DNA of 36,824 nt, taken from positions 1 to 36,824 of the forward strand of contig CAJLWS010000001.1 of NCBI GenBank assembly GCA_905210385.1, read 5' to 3'. Origin of the DNA: an uncultured Eubacteriales bacterium (GTDB lineage Bacteria > Bacillota > Clostridia > Oscillospirales > Oscillospiraceae). How positions within the stretch are numbered: position 1 is the stretch's first letter; every line of letters starts with the position of its first letter. The translations under genes were made by a program, and so were the position numbers. Positions 1 to 7,949 of the stretch are shown here, piece by piece. The notes beneath the pieces are model-generated. The model saw only the letters and a program-made list of their open reading frames with translations. It was not told the origin of the DNA and did not search any database.

Positions 1-339
1 CTTGCCGCCGGCGTGGAGGACGGTGTACACCACCTCCAGGGCGGGCCGCCCGGTCTGGGGCTGGATGTCCACGGGGATGCCCCGGCCATTGTCGGTTACC
101 CGAATGACGTCCCCGTCCAGAATTTCCACGGTGATCCTATCGCAATATCCCGCCAGCGCCTCATCGATGGCGTTATCCACGATCTCGTACACCAGATGGT
201 GCAGACCGGAGGCGGAGGTGGAACCGATATACATGCCGGGGCGCTTGCGCACCGCCTCCAGCCCCTCCAGCACCTGGATCTCCGAGGCGCCGTACTCGTG
301 TTCCACCATGGTGGGATTGTGTTCCTGCTGTTCAGACAT
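1..339 (-). CDS. gyrB: DNA gyrase subunit B, N-terminal part (runs off window start)
   Basis: Manual minus-strand translation from ATG at 339: [42 protein letters not shown]...[18 protein letters not shown]...DNGRGIP...LHAGGK. GGAGG RBS at 348-352; downstream of recF. Confidence 0.96.
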   Translation of the reverse strand, partial: MSEQQEHNPTMVEHEYGASEIQVLEGLEAVRKRPGMYIGSTSASGLHHLVYEIVDNAIDEALAGYCDRITVEILDGDVIRVTDNGRGIPVDIQPQTGRPALEVVYTVLHAGGK

Positions 340-416
340 AGTGTGTTCCTCCGCTTACTGTTCTCACGTCAAAACGCCGCTCCAACCAAAAGCCGGCGGG
401 AGCGTACTTCACGCCT

Positions 417-824
417 CTATTCCATGGGGCAGAAATCCGTGTCATCCACCCGCTCCTCATCCGGCTCAAACCCATCGTCCACCAGCTCGGTGGCCCGCAT
501 GCGCCGGGCGGTCTTGGCCTCCTCCACCTTCTGATAGATCAGCTCCTTGACCATTTTTGGGTCCCGCACACTGACCAGGTCCATATGGGGAGACGTCTTA
601 TCGGAGGAATAGACGCAGATGGTCCCCACGCGGAAGATGCGCTGCCACAGCGACCTGGTCAGCTCCAGATCCCGCACCCGGTAGAGGAGCACCTCTTCCT
701 CCTTCAGATTGAAAAGCCCCGTCTCCCGGAAGATCCGGTTCTCGCTCAGGCGGTACCGGGTGAAGCTGATGGGCAGGCCGAAATAGCGTTTTCTGTCTTT
801 CCACAAATAATTGATAGGCTCCAT
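417..824 (-). CDS. bacterial PH-domain (bPH_2-like) protein
   Basis: ORF 417..848; likely start is MEPINYLW at 824 after GGGAGG. The pattern YRLSENRIF..TGLF..EEEVLLYRVRD..RSLWQRIFRVGTI is typical of bacterial PH proteins. Confidence 0.75.
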   Translation of the reverse strand: MEPINYLWKDRKRYFGLPISFTRYRLSENRIFRETGLFNLKEEEVLLYRVRDLELTRSLWQRIFRVGTICVYSSDKTSPHMDLVSVRDPKMVKELIYQKVEEAKTARRMRATELVDDGFEPDEERVDDTDFCPME

Positions 825-840
825 ATGCTTTACCTCCCGT

Positions 841-1104
841 TTATTCAAATCCGTTCTGCTCCACCCGGCGGATCAGGGTGGCGGTGTTTACCTGGGACAG
901 GTAAACCCTTGCCTCCTCCCCGCCCTGCTGGCACAGGACAAAGGACCGGGGCAGATCGCTGCCCACATTGACCACCTGGCCCGTCCCCTCCGCCCGCACT
1001 AAAAAGCGGCGCGTGCGGAAGGACCAGGTAGTATTGTCTAAATCGAAGATACCCAACACGGCGGCCTCCGGCACGCTCACCGATTGTCCCAGATACAGAT
1101 ACAT
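841..1104 (-). CDS. remB: DUF370 family protein RemB/YaaB
   Basis: MYLYLGQSVSV...LGIFDLD...RSFVL...VYLSQVNTATLIRR; conserved position between recF and gyrB. Confidence 0.85.
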   Translation of the reverse strand: MYLYLGQSVSVPEAAVLGIFDLDNTTWSFRTRRFLVRAEGTGQVVNVGSDLPRSFVLCQQGGEEARVYLSQVNTATLIRRVEQNGFE

Positions 1105-1122
1105 GAAGAAACGCCCCCCGTG

Positions 1123-1344
1123 CTATGGCACCAGTCTGCCGTCGTGGATATGAAAGGCTTTCCCGGCCCGCAGCTTGGCCAGTTTTTCCTCCTCGCAGCA
1201 GGTGATGAAGTTCCCCACGGGCCAAGGGCCCGCGGGGGCCCCGGAATCATCCTGCTCGACCGAAATGAATTCGGTCTGCGCCAAGATTTTTGCTCCGCAA
1301 AAATGCTTGTACGGCGCACTTGCGCCGAACCAGGTCTTCCTCAC
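1123..1344 (-). CDS. possible 73-aa mini-ORF (element sequence fused to old RecF C-terminus)
   Basis: GTG start overlaps the recF TGA (GTGA) and the frame stays open through the element into the duplicated recF tail. Translation is unproven. Confidence 0.35.
   Translation of the reverse strand: MRKTWFGASAPYKHFCGAKILAQTEFISVEQDDSGAPAGPWPVGNFITCCEEEKLAKLRAGKAFHIHDGRLVP
1129..1210. repeat. displaced copy of the recF 3' end (direct repeat with 1344-1425, 76/82 identical)
   Basis: Direct alignment; both copies encode [27 protein letters not shown] on the minus strand. Confidence 0.97.
1211..1343 (+). mobile_element. short multi-hairpin non-autonomous insertion element, copy E1
   Basis: Shares GTTCCCCACG start, CCGCGGGG.CCCCG, TGAATTCG, TGCGCCAAGATTTT and CTTGT.C.GCGCAC.TGCGCCG with the reverse complement of 18293-18465; flanked by a diverged target duplication. 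Confidence 0.75.
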
Positions 1345-2444
1345 ACCAGCCGGCCGTCGTGGATATGGAAGGCCTTCCCCGCCCGCAGCTTGGCCAGTTT
1401 TTCCTCCTCACAGCAGGTGATGAAGACCTGGCCGGAGGTGATCCGGTTAAGGACATACTCCTGGCGGCGGTGATCCAGCTCGGACAGTACGTCGTCCAGC
1501 AGGAGAACCGGCCATTCGCCGGTATCCTGATAGAAGATGTCCCGGGCGGCCATTTTCAAGGACAGGGCCGCGGTACGCACCTGGCCCTGGGAGCCGAAGG
1601 CCTTGGCAGGGTTCCCGTCGATCTCTATGGTCAGCTCATCCCTGTGGGGTCCGGTAAGGCAGGCATGGGACTCAATCTCCGCCTGCCGGTGGCGCTCCTG
1701 GTGGTCCAACAGCTGTCCCAGCAGTTGCTTTGCCGGTGCCAGGGGATCAGTGATGGTAGAGACGGTGTCGTAGCCCAGGCGCAGCCGCTCCCGTCCCCCG
1801 GAGCATTCGGCATGGATACCGGGGGCAACCTGGTTCAACTTTTTGATAAAATGGGCCCGGTAGTGAATCAGAACAGCGCCGCACTGGGCCATGCGCAGGG
1901 AGTAGTCGTCCAGGGCCTCCAGCAGGGATGGCTTCTCCTCCCAGTCCTTCAGAATCCTAAGCTTCTGCTCATGCAGCCTGTGATACTCCGACAGGGCGGC
2001 GGCATACTTGGGACGCAACTGACAGATGCAGCTGTCCAGAAACTTTCTCCTCGCCCCGGCCCCTTCCCGAATGAGGTAGAGGTCCTCTGGGCAGAACAGC
2101 ACCGTGGTGAGCAGTCCAGACAACTCAGCGGCAGATTTCAGTCGCACCCCGTTAGACCACAATTGCCGACGCACGCCCCGGGTAAGCTGGGCCTCCAGGG
2201 TATAATCCCTCTGGCGGCTGAAAATCTCCGCCGTCAGAAAGGCTCGGTCAATTCCAAACTGGATCATCTCCCGGTCATACCTGGCCCGGTGGGAGGAGGC
2301 GGAGGAGAGATAGGCCACCGCCTCAATCAGGTTCGTTTTTCCCTGGGCGTTCTCTCCTACAATTACATTGACCCCAGGATCAAAGGACACTTCCAGATGG
2401 GTATAGTTCCGAAAAAAGTCCAGAGTGACCGCCTTGACAATCAT
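1341..2444 (-). CDS. recF: DNA replication/repair protein RecF
   Basis: Walker [15 protein letters not shown] signature, [11 protein letters not shown]alker B; synteny. Confidence 0.98.
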   Translation of the reverse strand: MIVKAVTLDFFRNYTHLEVSFDPGVNVIVGENAQGKTNLIEAVAYLSSASSHRARYDREMIQFGIDRAFLTAEIFSRQRDYTLEAQLTRGVRRQLWSNGVRLKSAAELSGLLTTVLFCPEDLYLIREGAGARRKFLDSCICQLRPKYAAALSEYHRLHEQKLRILKDWEEKPSLLEALDDYSLRMAQCGAVLIHYRAHFIKKLNQVAPGIHAECSGGRERLRLGYDTVSTITDPLAPAKQLLGQLLDHQERHRQAEIESHACLTGPHRDELTIEIDGNPAKAFGSQGQVRTAALSLKMAARDIFYQDTGEWPVLLLDDVLSELDHRRQEYVLNRITSGQVFITCCEEEKLAKLRAGKAFHIHDGRLV

Positions 2445-2656
2445 TCCACCACCAGGGTCAGATCCCCGCCCAGTTCCACCCGGTCACCGGGTCGGATCTT
2501 CTTTCCCCGCATGGTACAGACCTCCCCGTTGACCAACACGCCGCCCTCCTGAATGACGGCTTTGGCCTCTCCGCCGGTGGCCGTAGCGTTGGCATACTTC
2601 AGCAAAGCGTCCAGCTTGATAAATTCCGTGGCGATTTTCACCCGCTCTTCCCTCAT
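2441..2656 (-). CDS. yaaA: S4-domain RNA-binding protein YaaA
   Basis: [10 protein letters not shown]...[29 protein letters not shown]; lies between dnaN and recF. Confidence 0.93.
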   Translation of the reverse strand: MREERVKIATEFIKLDALLKYANATATGGEAKAVIQEGGVLVNGEVCTMRGKKIRPGDRVELGGDLTLVVE

Positions 2657-2687
2657 ACTCTCCCCCTCCTCTAGGACTCTCTCTTCC

Positions 2688-3809
2688 TTACTCCCCCGCC
2701 TTCAGTCGTACGGGCAACACCATATAGAGGAAGTTGTCCGCCTCCCCCTCCTTGGGCAGGATCAGGCAGGGAGACGTGGGTGTATTCAACTCCAGACGCA
2801 CCTGTTCCGCAGGGGCGGCTTTCACCGCATCCATGAGAAACCGGTTATTAAATCCGATTTCCAGTCCTTTTCCATCACCAGTGATTGGACACCGGTCAAA
2901 GGCGGATCCAATGGCAGTTCTAGAAGCGATAGACAAGGAGCCGTCCTCGAACTTGCACCGAAGCGGGCTCTTCAACTTGTCGTTGATGATCAGGGACGCC
3001 CGGTCGATGGACAGCTGCAGCGCGGCGGTATCCACCTCCAGCGAGATAGAGTTGTTCTGGGGGATGGTCTGGCGGTAGTTGAGAAACTCTCCCTCCAGCC
3101 GCCGGGCGATCAAAAGAGTTGAACCCATCAGAAAGGTGACATGGCGGGCCCCTTCGGTCACGGTGATCTCCTCATCGCTGTCCGCGCAGATCTTGTCCAC
3201 CTCGTTCAGAGCGGCGCCGGGCACTACGAAGGAGAACTGCTCCGCCCCGGCCTTTCCCACCATCTTCTCCCGGCGGAGGGCCAGCCGGTAGCCGTCTACC
3301 GCCACCATGGTCAGTTCCTCGCCATTCACATCAAAAAGAGCGCCGGTGTGAATCGGGCGGCCTCCATCGTTGTTGCTGACAGCAAAAATCACCCGGGAAA
3401 TCATGGAACGCAGAGTACCTTGTCCCATCACCAGGCTGTTGCCCTCATCTACCGTGGGCAGTTCGGGGAATTCCTCTGCGCTGCTGCCCATAATGTCAAA
3501 GGAGGTGGGTCCGCAGTCGATGTGTACCTTGTTCCCATCGGTGGACACAACCACCATATCGTCCGGGAGCTTCCGGATGATCTCTCCAAACAGACGGGCA
3601 GGCAGAACGATGGCGCCACTTTGGGCGACGCTGGCCTCTACCTGGGTAACAATACCAGTCTCCAGATTGTAGCCGCTGACCTGCAGGCCGCCCTTCGTGC
3701 TCTCGAGCAGCACGCCTTCCAAAGCCAGGATAGAACTTTTGGAGGCCACAACGCGGCCGGCTGTGGTGACAGCGCTTTGTAGTAGAGCTTTCTCACAGGA
3801 AAATTTCAT
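2688..3809 (-). CDS. dnaN: DNA polymerase III beta sliding clamp
   Basis: MKFSCEK start at 3809; [26 protein letters not shown] and LYMVLPVRL motifs. Confidence 0.98.
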   Translation of the reverse strand: MKFSCEKALLQSAVTTAGRVVASKSSILALEGVLLESTKGGLQVSGYNLETGIVTQVEASVAQSGAIVLPARLFGEIIRKLPDDMVVVSTDGNKVHIDCGPTSFDIMGSSAEEFPELPTVDEGNSLVMGQGTLRSMISRVIFAVSNNDGGRPIHTGALFDVNGEELTMVAVDGYRLALRREKMVGKAGAEQFSFVVPGAALNEVDKICADSDEEITVTEGARHVTFLMGSTLLIARRLEGEFLNYRQTIPQNNSISLEVDTAALQLSIDRASLIINDKLKSPLRCKFEDGSLSIASRTAIGSAFDRCPITGDGKGLEIGFNNRFLMDAVKAAPAEQVRLELNTPTSPCLILPKEGEADNFLYMVLPVRLKAGE

Positions 3810-3859
3810 GACAAGCTTCCTTTCTCTCCCCACTGGAAGTAATAGGGGAGGTTTTTATA

Positions 3860-4050
3860 TTTCGTAGTACATAGTAGATGCGGTGGAACCTGTGGAAAAT
3901 TAGGATAATGGTTGGTACGAAAGTATTTGCGGCTCATGAAAGGTTCCACAAAATTTCCACAAGACGGGCAGATCGGGAAAGTGTCAGATCAGTTTCCACA
4001 CAGTTCCACAGAACAGTCCGCAGCAGTGTTGAAGTTCGTGGTGGAAAAGA
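3860..4050. other. oriC unwinding region: DnaA-trio-like TAG repeats, tandem DnaA boxes and further boxes
   Basis: GTAGTACATAGTAG (3864-3877), then GGTGGAACC-TGTGGAAAA (3882-3899). TTCCACA cores at 3944-3950, 3955-3961, 3994-4000, 4004-4010, and GGTGGAAAA at 4040-4048. Same layout as the B. subtilis dnaA-dnaN origin. Confidence 0.88.
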
Positions 4051-4069
4051 CCGCTCTTCCTGGGCGGGG

Positions 4070-5392
4070 TCAATAGGATGAGTTTACTGCGTTGGTGATA
4101 TCCCGGATAATTTCAGTAAGTTCAGGCTGCTCCTTCATGTTTTTTTCCACCCGGTTGATGGAATTGAGGACAGTGGAATGGTGGCGGCCGCCGAACTGCT
4201 GTCCAATCTCCGCCAGGGAAAGTTGCGTCATCTCCCGAATGATATACATCGCCACGTTACGGGCTGTGGCTACCTCTTTATTCTGACTTTGTCCTCGAAG
4301 AACGTCGCTGTCCAGTTCATAGAATCGTGCCACTTCCTGAATAATTGTCTCGGCGGAGGGCAGAAAGTCCTCTTTGGCACGGAGAATATCCCGCACCGCC
4401 CGGATGGTATTTTCCACGTCCACTTGGGCGCCCATCAATTCTTGAAAGGCCATGATCTTGTTGACTACCCCTTCAATCTGACGGACATTGGCTGTGATGT
4501 TTTCTGCCACATAGCTGAGCACTGGGTCGGGCAGGACGATTCCTCGCTCCAGAGATTTGTTTTTCAGAATGGCCATGCGGGTTTCATAGTCTGGAGGCTG
4601 AATATCGGCGGGCAGGCCCTGCTCGAACCGAGTTTTGAGCCGCTGTTCCAGTCGAAGCATTTCTTGAGGCGGTCGGTCAGAAGTAAATACGATTTGCTTT
4701 CCCTGCTCGTACAGGGTATTGAAAGTATGAAATAACTCCTCCTCGCTAGAGTCCTTTCCGGCAATGAATTGTACATCATCCATGAGAAACAGGTCCACCG
4801 TCCGGTATTTATTGCGAAACTCCTGCATGTCCACACCCCGCCGGAGATTGGTGATCAGTTCATTCACAAAATCTTCACTTTTGATATACATGATTCGATA
4901 GTTGGGGTGGTTTTGCCGTACCCGATTGGCAATGGCATGGAGTAGGTGGGTCTTGCCCAGTCCGGACTGCCCGTAAATAAACAGAGGGTTATAGGCCCCT
5001 CCTGGCTCATCAGCTACCTTTTCTGCGGCGGTAAAGGCAAATTTATTGGTGGAGCCTACCACGAAACGATCAAAGGTATAGGACTGGTAGGGACTGTCAG
5101 ATTTTTGAGTTTGGGATTCAGATTGATACCTGATCCGGTCTTCTGGCAGGAGTAGGACCACCCCAATATCAAAAGAAAACAGTTCCCGAAGGCTTTTCTC
5201 CACGATTGGAATGAATCTGGATTTGATGATATTCCGTTTGAATTCCGTAGGCACGCACAGGATCAGTCTGGTGTCGTCCATCGCCACGGCCTCCACATCA
5301 CCAAACCAGGTTTCAATGGAGACAGAAGTCATATCGGCCTCCATCAGACTCTTTACTTTTTCCCATACGTCGGCGGCTGATTTCATCGACAT
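4070..5392 (-). CDS. dnaA: chromosomal replication initiator DnaA
   Basis: YTFDRFVVG, NPLFIYGQSGLGKTHL, LMDDVQF, EELFHTFN and a domain IV FGGRHHSTV motif. Confidence 0.99.
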   Translation of the reverse strand: MSMKSAADVWEKVKSLMEADMTSVSIETWFGDVEAVAMDDTRLILCVPTEFKRNIIKSRFIPIVEKSLRELFSFDIGVVLLLPEDRIRYQSESQTQKSDSPYQSYTFDRFVVGSTNKFAFTAAEKVADEPGGAYNPLFIYGQSGLGKTHLLHAIANRVRQNHPNYRIMYIKSEDFVNELITNLRRGVDMQEFRNKYRTVDLFLMDDVQFIAGKDSSEEELFHTFNTLYEQGKQIVFTSDRPPQEMLRLEQRLKTRFEQGLPADIQPPDYETRMAILKNKSLERGIVLPDPVLSYVAENITANVRQIEGVVNKIMAFQELMGAQVDVENTIRAVRDILRAKEDFLPSAETIIQEVARFYELDSDVLRGQSQNKEVATARNVAMYIIREMTQLSLAEIGQQFGGRHHSTVLNSINRVEKNMKEQPELTEIIRDITNAVNSSY

Positions 5393-5428
5393 GGTGTCAC
5401 CTCAAAATGTGCGTATGATAACCATTTA

Positions 5429-5457
5429 ATTATAACAAAAAGCAAAACCTTTCACAA
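5429..5457 (-). promoter_or_regulatory. sigma-A promoter of dnaA
   Basis: Minus strand TTGTGA-17nt-TATAAT with extended TG; the -35 overlaps a DnaA-box-like CCTTTCACA (5448-5456). Confidence 0.7.
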
Positions 5458-5609
5458 GGGCTTTTTCCATTTCTTATTTTATAATGTAGGATATCGTTTA
5501 TGTTGGCAGAAAATCAGAATGGTTGGAAAAGAAAACTCATTTTGTGAAAACGAAAAAAACACAAGATACTATGGTTTCGGAAAAAGAGTGCCTTTTTGTT
5601 GAGATTTCA

Positions 5610-5638
5610 TTGACAGAACGGAGAAAATCCGGTATAAT
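5610..5638 (+). promoter_or_regulatory. consensus sigma-A promoter of the rpmH operon
   Basis: TTGACA-17nt-TATAAT, perfect consensus. Confidence 0.9.
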
Positions 5639-5748
5639 CCCCTATGCGCCATCTGCTGGCGCATAGAGTGTAAACCGCGTTTCCTTTACGGAGACGTTGT
5701 GGAAGCGGTGGTTGTGCCGCCGCCATTTTATGCAGGAGGTGTTTCCGT

Positions 5749-5883
5749 ATGGTTCGTACCTATCAGCCCAAGAAGCGTCACCGCTCCAAGGTCCACGGCT
5801 TCCGTAAGCGCATGGCCACCGCCAACGGCCGCAAGGTTTTGGCTCGCCGTCGTGTGAAGGGCCGCGCCCGCCTGACTCACTGA
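5749..5883 (+). CDS. rpmH: 50S ribosomal protein L34 (absent from ORF track)
   Basis: Manual translation [53 protein letters not shown]. Confidence 0.98.
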   Translation: MVRTYQPKKRHRSKVHGFRKRMATANGRKVLARRRVKGRARLTH

Positions 5884-5994
5884 TGGCGGAAACATCGGGA
5901 TGAATAGGAACAGTCTGGGGCGCGGGAGTATTCCCTCGCCCCTGTGTCCGTTTCCGCAGCATCCCGAGCTAACCCTGATGAAAGGGGTATTTCT

Positions 5995-6348
5995 GTGAAA
6001 AAAACGGTGTCGCTGAAGGAAAATTACCTGTTTCGCCGGCTGTATCAACGGGGAAAAACCGCGGCGGATGGTAGGATTGCCCTCTATGTAAGGCGTAACG
6101 GAGGAAGGGAGAACCGGCTTGGCTTTACCGTATCTACTAAGGTGGGATGCGCTGTGGTGAGAAACCGGGTCCGCCGCCGTTTGCGGGAGATCTACCGCCT
6201 TCATGAGGCATCGCTGAAAAACGGCGTGGATGTGGTCATCGTGGCTCGTGTACGGTCGGCTCACAGCACTTACCGGCAGTTGGACAGCTCTTTTCTCAAG
6301 CTGGCGGACAAGCTCGGCCTGATTGAAAAAGGGGAGATTGAAGAGTGA
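5995..6348 (+). CDS. rnpA: ribonuclease P protein component
   Basis: RLGFTVSTKVGCAVVRNRVRRRLRE (RNR motif); GTG start at 5995 after AAAGGGG. Confidence 0.96.
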   Translation: MKKTVSLKENYLFRRLYQRGKTAADGRIALYVRRNGGRENRLGFTVSTKVGCAVVRNRVRRRLREIYRLHEASLKNGVDVVIVARVRSAHSTYRQLDSSFLKLADKLGLIEKGEIEE

Positions 6349-6596
6349 AACGTCTGCTGCTGGCGCTGATCCGCTTTTATCGCAGGGAAATCTCTCCGGG
6401 TCGACCGTCTTGCTGCCGGTTCATTCCAACCTGTTCCACCTATGCTTTGGAGGCGGTGGAAGTTCACGGCGCCCTGAAGGGAAGCCTCTTGTCTATCTGG
6501 CGGTTTCTGCGCTGCCACCCATTTCACAGGGAGAAGTCTTTCATCTATGACCCGGTGCCGCCAAAAGGGCACTGGAGATCATCTGTAACAAAATAG
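6345..6596 (+). CDS. yidD: membrane protein insertion efficiency factor
   Basis: CRFIPTCSTYALEA...HGALKG...RFLRCHPF...YDPVP. Confidence 0.96.
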   Translation: MKRLLLALIRFYRREISPGRPSCCRFIPTCSTYALEAVEVHGALKGSLLSIWRFLRCHPFHREKSFIYDPVPPKGHWRSSVTK

Positions 6597-6606
6597 GAGG
6601 CCCCGT

Positions 6607-7935
6607 ATGGATTTTCTTCAAATTGTCATGACGCCGTTCAGTTGGCTGCTGGAAGTATTCTGCAACCTGTTCAACAGCTACGGCATCGCGCTGATCCTGT
6701 TTACCGTGGTGGTCAAGATCATCCTGTTTCCTCTGAATTTGAAGGGGAAAAAGGGTATGATCAAAATGAATCTGGTGTCCAATCAGCTCAAGGAGATCCA
6801 GAAGCGCTGCGGAAATGATAAGGACCGGTACAACCGGGAAGTTCAAAAATTTTACGCGGAGAACAAGGTCAGTCCCACTGGCGGCTGTCTGTGGTCCTTT
6901 ATTCCCCTGCTGATTCTGATGCCCCTGTATGCTATTATCCGCCGTCCCTTCCGATACATGATGGGACTGAGCGATACCGCAATCGAATCCGTGGCCACCG
7001 CCCTGAACTGGAAGGACGTGATGGGAAGTGCCTTTGAGGCTGGCGCCGGCTTTAATGAGCTGACCTTGTCCTCCATGCTTACTCCAAGCAATCTGGCCGC
7101 GGCGGAAGCAGCCGCCGGATCCAGTTTGTTCATTATCAACTTCAGCTTTTTGGGACTGGATCTGTCTCAAATTCCCAGCCTGAATTTTTGGGCGGATGGC
7201 GTAAGCCGGGAGTCTGTGGGTCTGTTCCTGATGCCCATTGTCTCGGCAGTTCTCTCTGTGATCTCCATGATGGTATCCCAGCGGACCAACCGGATGAACC
7301 GGGGACAGGACGCAGCCGCCGCATCCACCAACCGTACCATGTATATTCTTCAACCGATCATCTCTTTGTGGATCGGTTACTCCATGCCCGCCGGTCTGTG
7401 TATCTACTGGATTTCCAACTCCCTGCTGATGATGGTGCAAGAAGTATTGGCCGGTAAAATTCTGCGCAAGGACTATCAGGCCGCCCAGAGGGAAATGGAG
7501 GAACAGGCCCGGAAGGCCAAGGAGGAGGAGAAGGAGCGCCGCCGTATTGCTGCCGAGCGTAAGGCCGCTGCCATTGCCGCCGGTACCTATAAGAAGGGCA
7601 AGAGAACTCAAAACACCCACAAGGAAAAAGGAATGGATTTGACTGCCAGCCGGGAGGGCATCCGGGCTTATGCTCGGGGCCGAGCCTATGATCCCAACCG
7701 CTATCCCATCACTCCCTACCACGATCCCAATGAGCGTTTCCGGAAGAAAAAGCCAGAGGAGGATCCAGAGCACCTCACCGAGGAGGAAAAGGCGATTTTG
7801 AAAGAGAATGGAATTCCCATTCCAGAGGAAAAGAAGGAAACTTATGAGCCGGCTGTGGAGCGGGAAAGTTCAACAGAGGGGGAAAAGACGGAGGATCAGT
7901 CTGTTGAGACAGAGGAAACTGAGTCCAAAAGTTAA
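6607..7935 (+). CDS. yidC: YidC/Oxa1 membrane protein insertase with long charged C-tail
   Basis: YGIALILFTVVVKIILFPL, GGCL, FLGLDLS, PAGLCIYWISNS; synteny. Confidence 0.94.
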   Translation: MDFLQIVMTPFSWLLEVFCNLFNSYGIALILFTVVVKIILFPLNLKGKKGMIKMNLVSNQLKEIQKRCGNDKDRYNREVQKFYAENKVSPTGGCLWSFIPLLILMPLYAIIRRPFRYMMGLSDTAIESVATALNWKDVMGSAFEAGAGFNELTLSSMLTPSNLAAAEAAAGSSLFIINFSFLGLDLSQIPSLNFWADGVSRESVGLFLMPIVSAVLSVISMMVSQRTNRMNRGQDAAAASTNRTMYILQPIISLWIGYSMPAGLCIYWISNSLLMMVQEVLAGKILRKDYQAAQREMEEQARKAKEEEKERRRIAAERKAAAIAAGTYKKGKRTQNTHKEKGMDLTASREGIRAYARGRAYDPNRYPITPYHDPNERFRKKKPEEDPEHLTEEEKAILKENGIPIPEEKKETYEPAVERESSTEGEKTEDQSVETEETESKS

Positions 7936-7949
7936 AGGAGTGCAGCTTC

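Noticed and set aside
1210..1240. GTTCCCCACG...GCGGGG resembles a type I-E CRISPR repeat
   Set aside because: Only two copies, 17 kb apart on opposite strands, with no repeat-spacer periodicity and no cas genes.
1129..1425. Duplications as simple assembly artefacts
   Set aside because: The copies differ almost only at silent sites and two independent loci share the same insert architecture. Read-level confirmation is still desirable.
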